The translations under genes and the position numbers were made by a program. Shown here piece after piece: positions 47,889 through 56,524 of a stretch of DNA of 64,000 bases (position 1 is the first letter of the stretch; the number at the start of each line of letters is the position of its first letter). The notes beneath the pieces are model-generated. The model saw only the letters and a list, made by a program, of their open reading frames with translations. It made no database searches and had not been told where the DNA came from. This stretch comes from Alloascoidea hylecoeti (taxonomy: Eukaryota): positions 609,546 through 673,545 of the forward strand of contig BCKZ01000012.1 in assembly GCA_001600815.1 (NCBI GenBank), written 5' to 3'.

Positions 47889-47921
47889 TCGCATCGGAAT
47901 CGCATCGGAATCGCATCGGAA
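47889..47921 (+). repeat. Perfect 11-bp tandem repeat (TCGCATCGGAA)x3 upstream of APD1
   Basis: Units at 47889, 47900 and 47911. Confidence 0.9.
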
Positions 47922-48021
47922 GCCCACCCTATGTCGGAAGTATCGGACTTAGAACATTCTTATCTGCCGGTGATGCTGAATTGGTGATATTCCGTTTCTT
48001 TACACTTCTGGAACCAGTCTG

Positions 48022-48963
48022 ATGGAGTTTCTTGCGAGAAACCTGCCGTTCAAGAAGTCTCATTCGGCCAACGATGCGGAGGAAGTCACCAAAGTACTGG
48101 CTCTGGCTTCCTGTCCGGCAGAGTGCTCCGGAGAGGAATGTTCCGTCCGATTTCCAAGCAACCTTAGCTTTGATATGAAAACACCTCTTTGGGGGTCTGC
48201 CAAACCCTTCAAGTTACACATATTGATTGCTACTGGTCAGACTGACTGGCCCCATTCGCCGACAGATGATAAAGACTCACTGGCATACGCGATCAATAAA
48301 TGGAGTTCAGCAGCAGAAACAAAAAAAATAGTCGGTGGACCTATTAAAATCACAACAAGTTCAATGATGCTACCTCAGGATTGCTATTCCAAAGAGAATC
48401 TGGAAAGGAACCCGATAGATAGGCCAGGTGTTATAATGATACTCCCCGCAATGGTCAGATTAGATAATGTAACTCCCAGATCCGTCTCAAACGTTCTGAC
48501 CTACCTTATGACCATCATGAACGAGCTAACAACGGATTATGTTGACAAAAGTGTAGAAATTCCTCCAGAGAAGGTCCCAACAAAAATAGGAGATGTCAGT
48601 ATCAAAAAAATTAAAGATAAAGCTATAGTTCTACTTTGCTCTCATAAAACCAGAGATAAACGTTGTGGCATAACTGCAAAATATATGAAAAAAGAATTCG
48701 ACCTACAATTACGGGAAGCAGACATATATCGTGATGCTGATGATGAAAGAGAAAATGGTGTTAAGGTCTATCTAATTTCTCATGTCGGTGGTCACAAGTT
48801 CGCTGCCAATGTTCTTATATATTTAGCCAGTGGTGAAGTGATATGGATGGCTAGATGTACTCCGAAAAATGTTAAACCTATAATCGAAAATACTATTCTA
48901 CAAGGTAAAGTATGGCCTGAGCATGTTAGAACTGCTTTCTGCACTCCCCAAATTGATTGGTAA
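48022..48963 (+). CDS. APD1: Apd1/Aim32-type thioredoxin-like [2Fe-2S] ferredoxin (sucrase/ferredoxin-like)
   Basis: H.LIATGQTDW.H, LLCSHKTRDKRCGITA (CX8C) and SHVGGHKFAANV (bis-His ligands). Near RIB7/RPB5 as in S. cerevisiae. Confidence 0.88.
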   Translation: MEFLARNLPFKKSHSANDAEEVTKVLALASCPAECSGEECSVRFPSNLSFDMKTPLWGSAKPFKLHILIATGQTDWPHSPTDDKDSLAYAINKWSSAAETKKIVGGPIKITTSSMMLPQDCYSKENLERNPIDRPGVIMILPAMVRLDNVTPRSVSNVLTYLMTIMNELTTDYVDKSVEIPPEKVPTKIGDVSIKKIKDKAIVLLCSHKTRDKRCGITAKYMKKEFDLQLREADIYRDADDERENGVKVYLISHVGGHKFAANVLIYLASGEVIWMARCTPKNVKPIIENTILQGKVWPEHVRTAFCTPQIDW

Positions 48964-49117
48964 TTTCCTTTCTCTATTTTTTTTCTCTCTTCTCTATTTT
49001 ACTTCTTTTAATCTTCAAATACATGTGCATATTACAGCGTATATAGAATTAGCTGCCGTCTTTATAATTATGTAAATTATACTTGTTTATATTATATTCA
49101 TACTTATATTAATGTTG

Positions 49118-50341
49118 TTAATTCTTGAAAAGTTTGAGAATATTTAATCGTTGTTGTATAGCATCAGACTTTTGGCGAATCAATTTTGGATTCTTCAATA
49201 AGTTTGTTAATCTGTTTATCTCGTCCTTAATATATTTATTCGATTTATCGCCTTTAATTATCTTAGAGATTATTTTCTTGTAGTAATATTTGAACTTGTG
49301 ATCAATTACATCAAGTTCCTCAAGTATCTGAGTCGCAATGATTTTTTTATCATCCCCTTGAGTTTTCAATAACTTCACAAGATCATCTTTAATTGTTAAA
49401 ATTAATCCTGCTTTTGTATTTAATTTACCATCAATATTTCTATAAAGATTAGCATTGTTATTAATGAATGTAATGAGTTCTGGTAATTCCCACTTTTCGG
49501 AAAACTTCGGCGATTGTTTATTTCTCGTAGAAAAAAGTAAAATCGCTGGAAACTTTTCAATATTGTAAAGAGACTTAAGTTTCTCATAGTCATTGCCATT
49601 TTTCGTTGAAACATCCATTTGAGCAATTATGATTTCGTTGTCGTTTTTATAAATTTCAGCTACTTTCTCATACTCTTTTATTAAACTTTGATATATTTCT
49701 TCGTTAGTTGTAAATGCAACAAGTGCCGATTTATCATTATTAATAATTTCATTTTCAAATTTATCATTGCTTATATACAAAATGTTTTTTGTTTTCTTAT
49801 TTGGAGTTGCTGCAATATCAGTTTGCTCTGTGATGAATTCAATCAAAGAATCTACATCTCGCCTACCATTATATTCAAGTGGTCCATCGATATCACTAGG
49901 TGAAAATAGCATTAACGTAGGATAACTATTAACCTTGAATCTTTTTCCAATTCTTCTATGCTTATCAGCATCAATTTTCACTAAAAATTAAGTATCAGTA
50001 TAAAAGATCGGCAATGACAATAGTCCTCTCAGACATGAAATATGATCTGAACATACCGAGTTGTACTTTTTCACTTGCCTTTGCATAGTGACTTGCCAAT
50101 TCTTCATAAATGGGAGCTAAACCTTTGCAATGAGTACACCAGCTGGCATAAAACTGTACGTATATTTTATTAGTAAATCCTTGGTCACAGCTATTCATCT
50201 GCCATTACTCACATCGACCAATGAATATTTCCCACTATTTATCACAATATCATCAAAGTTCCCGGCAGTAGCAATGATAACATTGGCAGTTAAAGCCAGT
50301 CTAAAGATAGAGATAAGGGTGAAAAGACCAATTAACTTCAT
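49118..50341 (-). CDS. ERp38/TigA-type protein disulfide isomerase (Trx-Trx-ERp29c); exons 50341-50213, 50153-50057, 49980-49118
   Basis: Signal peptide MKLIGLFTLISIFRLALT; FYASWCTHCK active site; YPTLMLF; C-terminal ERp29c-like helical domain (YY.KI..KI...YIKDEINRL..LL...K.D.IQ.RLNIL..F). Confidence 0.85.
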
Positions 50342-50460
50342 TGTTAAACAAACATTTTTTGAAGTTGGCTAATAGAAGTCTAATACAACATTACATCCAA
50401 ATAATAAGCGCAGAAGAAATTTAGCTTTCACCTCCAAATATAATTTTTTTTCATATTATA

Positions 50461-53313
50461 ATGGGAGTACCAGCTTTATTTAGATGGCTTTCTCGAAAGG
50501 CTCCAAAAATTATATCACCGGTTGTTGAAGAAGAAGCAAAGGTTATAGACGGTATTACATATCCTCCACTTTATTCAAATCCAAATCCAAATGGTGAACT
50601 AGATAATCTCTACTTGGATATGAATGGTATTGTTCATCCATGTTCCCATCCAGAAAACAAACCACCTCCAGAAACTGAGGACGACATGATGTTGGAGGTA
50701 TTTGAATACACCAACCGTGTCGTTAATATGGCTCGACCTCGAAAAGTTTTATACCTTGCAATAGATGGTGTTGCACCAAGAGCGAAGATGAATCAACAAC
50801 GTTCACGACGATTCAGAGCTGCAATGGATGCAAAGATTGCCAACGAAGAACTTCAAAAACAAGGTGGTACTGTAGAGAAGAAAAAGAAAGTTTGGGATAG
50901 TAATGCTATCACACCGGGAACACCGTTTATGAGTAAGCTTGCTTCATCATTAAACTACTGGGTTTCCCAGAAACTTTCAACTGACCCTGGCTGGAAAAAT
51001 TTGCAGGTTATAATTTCTGATGCTTCAGTTCCTGGAGAAGGTGAACATAAGATTATGAATTTTATCAGAAGTCAAAGGTCCGACCCACAGTATAATCCAA
51101 ACACAACACATTGTATATATGGATTAGACGCTGATTTGATCTTTTTAGGATTGGCAACTCACGAACCACATTTTAGAATTTTAAGAGAAGATGTGTTCGC
51201 TCAAGATAATAGGAAAAGGAATTTCCATGGAACTGTTACCGAACAGGAGAAAGAAAAAATAAAAAAGAAGGACCAAAAGAAACCCTTTCTATGGCTTCAT
51301 GTGGATGTTTTACGTGAATATTTAGAGATTGAGCTTACAGTTGCAAATATCCCTTTTAATTTTGACCTAGAGCGAGCTATAGATGATTGGGTATTTATGT
51401 GCTTTTTTGTTGGGAATGATTTCCTGCCACATTTTCCTACTTTAGATGTTCGAGATGATAGTATAGATATTTTGGTGAAAATATGGAAGCAAATATTGCC
51501 TACTTTGAATGGTTATTTAACAGAAGATGGAAGAGTTGATTTGGAAAGAGCAGAGAAGTTACTTCAGAATCTTGCACGCCAGGAAGAGAGTATTCTTGTG
51601 AGGAAATTTGACCGAGAACAAAGATTTGAAAAACGACAAAAATTAAATAAAGAGCAGTACAATGCAGCCAAGAATCAAATACAATTTACCGCTCCTAAAC
51701 TAGATACGGTACCAACTATTAATTTGTCAAAAGGAAAAGATAAAAGCCCCTTAACCCCTCTATCGAATATGCCATTATATTCACCCAGTGGTGAATCAGT
51801 AGGTAATGTTCATATGAGTAACAAGGAGCTTGTTTCAAAGAGGAATGAAATAACACTGGCCAATATTGCAAATCAAAGTGCTGCATCTGCTTTGAAAAGT
51901 CAGTTGATTTCAGGCTCCAAGAGGAAGGCTAGTACGGATGTTTCAACTGGAGCTAGTTCAGAAATTGATGATAATGATACTTTGAGACTTCATGAGCCAG
52001 GTTATGGAGATCGTTACTACGAACAAAAATTTCATGTATCAAAAGATGACATGGAGTTTAGAAAACATGTTGCTCATTGTTATATGGAAGGTGTTTCTTG
52101 GGTACTACTATACTATTATCAAGGATGTCCATCATGGAATTGGTATTATCCATACCATTATGCCCCGTTTGCAGCAGACTTTGTGGATCTTACTGATATG
52201 AAGCTTAATTTTATCAAGGGCCAACCATTCAGACCATATGAACAATTAATGAGTGTTTTACCAGCTGCAAGTAGTCATAATCTTCCAGAAGTTTTCAAGC
52301 CCTTAATGTCAGATCCTGACTCTGAAATTATAGATTTTTATCCAGAAAATTTCCAAATAGATATGAATGGAAAAAAAATGTCATGGCAGGGTATTGCATT
52401 ACTGCCTTTTATCGACGAGAAACGACTTTTGAAAGCTGTGAAGACGGTATATCCACGTCTAACAGCTGCTGAGAAAGATAGAAATGAAAATAAGACAGAA
52501 TATTTGGTAATTTCTCAGGGAAATCCCCGCTATAATCAATTTAAAGAAGTATTACTTAACAATGGTACAAAAAAGGAATGCGTGATAATAACGTCCAAAT
52601 TGACTGGTTTAGCAGGGACAATTACTGAATGGCCTGGATTCTCTGATAATAATACCATCCACTCTCCATTGTTAGCTGGTAATCTCGAAGACGTTTTCTG
52701 TAGTACATTTATGAAAGTTACTTTTGAAATGCCTAAGTTAGAGGTTGCTTCAAAATCTATGCTCCGTAATGGATTCATTCCACATAATCCATCGTTGAAT
52801 ATCGAAGATCTCGATAAACTTCTCAACTCAGGAAATAATCGCCAATTTAGGGATTACAATAAAGATAGAGGAGCAAACAAACAAACCCCACATGTTGGTC
52901 CTGGAAATGGAGGACCTTATAGTATTAGAAAAGGAGGGCTTATATCGTTCTATAGTTATGGAGACAGGGGACCACCTATTAGATTATCGCAATCAAGAGC
53001 TTTAAATACTAACTATGACAATCGTTCAAGAGGAAATTCAAGAGGCAATTCAAGAGGCAATTCAAGAGGTGGATATAGAGGAAGACGTGGAGACTATCAT
53101 AATAATAATAATAATAATAATAATCGGAATAATAGATATAACAATACCTACCAGCAAAATTCACAAAATAACAACAGTTATGGAAATTATAATCAAGTCA
53201 ATACTAATGTCTCGTTACCACAGCCTAACCGATCGTGGACAGCAAATAGCTATAATCAGAATAATAATCAATTTAACCAAAAAGACCAAGGATTTTCCTA
53301 CGGACAGAAATGA
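50461..53313 (+). CDS. RAT1: Nuclear 5'-3' exoribonuclease Rat1/Xrn2
   Basis: MGVPALFRWLSRK, DNLYLDMNGIVHPC, AIDGVAPRAKMNQQRSRRF, DSNAITPGTPFM, VPGEGEHKIM, YGLDADLI. Low-complexity RG/N tail. Confidence 0.96.
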   Translation: MGVPALFRWLSRKAPKIISPVVEEEAKVIDGITYPPLYSNPNPNGELDNLYLDMNGIVHPCSHPENKPPPETEDDMMLEVFEYTNRVVNMARPRKVLYLAIDGVAPRAKMNQQRSRRFRAAMDAKIANEELQKQGGTVEKKKKVWDSNAITPGTPFMSKLASSLNYWVSQKLSTDPGWKNLQVIISDASVPGEGEHKIMNFIRSQRSDPQYNPNTTHCIYGLDADLIFLGLATHEPHFRILREDVFAQDNRKRNFHGTVTEQEKEKIKKKDQKKPFLWLHVDVLREYLEIELTVANIPFNFDLERAIDDWVFMCFFVGNDFLPHFPTLDVRDDSIDILVKIWKQILPTLNGYLTEDGRVDLERAEKLLQNLARQEESILVRKFDREQRFEKRQKLNKEQYNAAKNQIQFTAPKLDTVPTINLSKGKDKSPLTPLSNMPLYSPSGESVGNVHMSNKELVSKRNEITLANIANQSAASALKSQLISGSKRKASTDVSTGASSEIDDNDTLRLHEPGYGDRYYEQKFHVSKDDMEFRKHVAHCYMEGVSWVLLYYYQGCPSWNWYYPYHYAPFAADFVDLTDMKLNFIKGQPFRPYEQLMSVLPAASSHNLPEVFKPLMSDPDSEIIDFYPENFQIDMNGKKMSWQGIALLPFIDEKRLLKAVKTVYPRLTAAEKDRNENKTEYLVISQGNPRYNQFKEVLLNNGTKKECVIITSKLTGLAGTITEWPGFSDNNTIHSPLLAGNLEDVFCSTFMKVTFEMPKLEVASKSMLRNGFIPHNPSLNIEDLDKLLNSGNNRQFRDYNKDRGANKQTPHVGPGNGGPYSIRKGGLISFYSYGDRGPPIRLSQSRALNTNYDNRSRGNSRGNSRGNSRGGYRGRRGDYHNNNNNNNNRNNRYNNTYQQNSQNNNSYGNYNQVNTNVSLPQPNRSWTANSYNQNNNQFNQKDQGFSYGQK

Positions 53314-54467
53314 GCAGTTTGTGCCTTAATTTTATGTTTTTAGTGATGAATTATCTTATACATATAACTCATATATGATATCGTATTCTATAATATACCA
53401 TACGTTGAGACTCTTAAATAGATAAATAAAAATTAGAATCATTATCTGGTGATCAATCATAAGAGATTTATCAATACCTAAATATAAATAGGTATGAACC
53501 CCTTTAGTTTTTAGTTCTATATAGTTTATTTCCAATAGTACTTTAAACATTAATCCACTTTTATCGTAACTCCTTTTTTCCTTCTAATGTATTCCATAGT
53601 ATTATCATTTATATTTCCAATAAGATTGATATGGCTGTACGTTTATTCTTATTGAGAATTAAATTTAATATTTTGTAGTTTAATGTTGTCATCATCAACG
53701 TTCATTAATAAATTGTGGCTCTTATATTTAGAAATATCTTCAAAAGTAATCTTTTGTTTAAAGCTAACTTCATCTTCAATGCTTTTATACAGCTTGGAAT
53801 TATTGGTATTATTATTTATCTTAACAGTATCACTTGTTTTATAATCATTGTTCTTAAAACTGAAAACTGCAGTGTTGGATAAGATTTTAAGTAATAAAAC
53901 TCGTGATTATGAATAATTTCATGGGTTTTATTGAAATAACCTTATGTATATCTCGATAAAGGATTTTATCATTAGAACTAATACTATTGTTCTTGTCATC
54001 ATTTTTTTTTCTTAATAACATTAAGCTTATAAACACTTCTTTATGATTCATTATAAATTCCATTTGTGCGCAGTAAGCTTAACCATGATGGAATAAAGTC
54101 TACAAATAATCATATTACAATGTCCTATAATGTTGATGATGAAAAGTTAAAATTGAAGTTAAAATTGAAGGTGTTGAATCTGAAGTATTCAGAATCAAGA
54201 ATGGTTTCGAAGAATTATAACGGTAGACTACAATTAGAAAATATAACGCTGCTGAAATAACGTCTAAAATTAATGTCAACAAATCAAATAACCAAAATAG
54301 TAATTCTTCTAAACTAAGTCTATACAAGGCTTTTACAAGCCATACTTTAATCAATCTATTGCTTATTAAAATAAAGTAAATCTATTTTACAATACCCAAA
54401 AGGATAAATTAATACAAAATACTATTAAAAGTGGTTTTACAATCAAAGAAGTTGGCTCCATGATATA

Positions 54468-54732
54468 CCGTCAGGTACACAGTACCCGGATGATACAAGG
54501 AATCAGAATGTTACAAAATTGATATTTTCAACCACGATTATTTAAATCAATAACAAATGTAAAATAAATTTAATATTATCGCTAAAATCTAATTAATCTC
54601 GTAATTCTGATAATGTTTTTAAATATTTAAGTTTATTTTACATTTGTTATTGATTTAAATAATCGTGGTTGAAAATATCAATTTTGTAACATTCTGATTC
54701 CTTGTATCATCCGGGTACTCTGCACCTGACGG
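54468..54732. mobile_element. 265-bp MITE with ~105-bp near-perfect TIRs and TA target-site duplication (Tc1/mariner-type)
   Basis: Left arm CCGTCAGGTACACAGTACCCGGATGATACAAGGAATCAGAATG...AAATAAATTTAA (54468-~54573) is the reverse complement of ~54627-54732 with about three mismatches. TA at 54466-54467 and 54733-54734. Confidence 0.9.
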
Positions 54733-54882
54733 TATGGTATATATTGCTATTTCTAAACCTCAAAGGAATGAACTTTGTGAGAAATTGAATCACCTGATGA
54801 AAATCCTACGATACCATAAAAATTATAGTCTTTAGCACTTTTGAAACATCAACAAATCAATAAACCATTGATATTCATTCAC

Positions 54883-55798
54883 ATGGCACCTTTTGTTAAT
54901 AAGAGAACACTTGCTAGACGTAAGGTAGCAAGGCGACGAAAGATAACTCATCCATCTGTAAATACCATTCGTCCAGCAGTAATTACCATTTCCAATCACG
55001 ATACTGCTTTCACAGACACCTCAACACGGGACTCACCTCCAAATATCCATGATCAGGAAGAGGCTGAAAACAATTCCATACACAGTGAAAGTACTGATAC
55101 TGATATGGTCCACCTTGATGGCCCCTCCATAACCGCAGAGGATGTAAATAATTCCATACACGATGAAGTTAATATTGACACTGGTATAGACCACCTTGAT
55201 GGTTCCCCTATAACCACACCGCGTGAAGTCCAGGATGATGTTTTATCAACAGTTTTTAGGGATGTACCAGCTGCGCCTGAGGTTCTGGACCTTCAAGATT
55301 GTTACTCAAAATTAATGAAATTGAATGTAGTTTCTTATGAATACAGCCCAAACGAAATAAACAGAATATGGTTCTTGAGATTATATTTTAGATATCGTCT
55401 TAAAGGGTTAACAATGCGTGGTGCTGCCAGACGATGTATTTCATTTCTGGAACATCCGGCCATAGAAACTGAATTGCCCTCTACCAGATCAATAGAAAGG
55501 TGGGGAACTTTTTTTTTGAAACACAGGTCGGTTCCCCCAGATACTGTTGCGGTTCATTCACGCAAGCCAAAAGTTTTAGGAGATCCCGATTCTTATCAAA
55601 GAGCCTATGATTATTTCCGAAATCTACCACCAAGCCAACGAACAGTTCAAAAATTAAAACAGTTTGTGGAGAGGAATATAACTATCAGGGATGTAAACAC
55701 AGGCGCTATTTCTTCTCCAACCATTTCTATATCAACCTGTCGTCGCTATATTAAAAATTGGGGGATATCGTTATCGTGATGGAAGTACGGAGATTTAG
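54883..55798 (+). pseudogene. Truncated, frameshifted transposase-like ORF (HTH/DNA-binding half only)
   Basis: Pattern RSIERW...FL....VP.....H......L.D.D......Y.R......T...L..FV...I......TISISTCRRYIKNWG resembles the N-half of fungal IS630-Tc1-mariner-like transposases (recalled, not searched). Removing one G at the GGGGG run gives NWGYRYRD, then stops. No DDE domain follows. Confidence 0.6.
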
Positions 55799-56524
55799 TA
55801 ATGAGAAAAGGCATGACGAGTCATTGACGACACAAATGTGAGCCATATGTAAGTTCGGTAGTATTAAATTAATGATTCCTATTATTGTTGGATTTACAAG
55901 GATCTTATTTTGGCTGTGTGGACGACCCATTTCCCTTCAACTTTTTCCGGCTGCTATCAATCTACATCTTATCAGTTTTACTTTAACTATTTCTCTTTTA
56001 GGAAGTCAATATTCAGACTAGACTCTGATGGGTTTTAGGTGAATATTTGTCACTAATCCTCATGAACACAGAATATGGCTATTACTGCGTTATTCTAATA
56101 TTCTTTCTCTAGTTTTACACAGTTTAGTCTTCTAATATAAATTTATATGTACGTTATAATTTTACCTAACGAATAGTTATAAAGTATACCACTTTTATAA
56201 TTGGGATCAAAACTAACATCGTGATTCTGATCTTTAAAATCTTGGTTCTTCTTTCATATTACTATGTACCTATGTAAATTATTAAAGACCAAGGTAAACC
56301 AGTTAGGGCGAAAAATTGCACGACCTCTTGCCAACTACTCAAGGGTGGATAATACTGGATATCCATGAATTCTTATACAACATCTGTGAGGTTTGAAGTA
56401 AACAAACTAATATAAGTTAAAGTCATATCATATCATATTTATATTATATTATTAATTAATTATTTTACCATAAAAAACATAAATCATATTCCTATCCATA
56501 AATCAACTAAATAAACTTACGTAA

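Noticed and set aside
53024..53124. (TCAAGAGG(A/C)AAT)x3 and (AAT)n in the RAT1 tail
   Set aside because: Ordinary low-complexity coding repeats (SRGN, poly-Asn).
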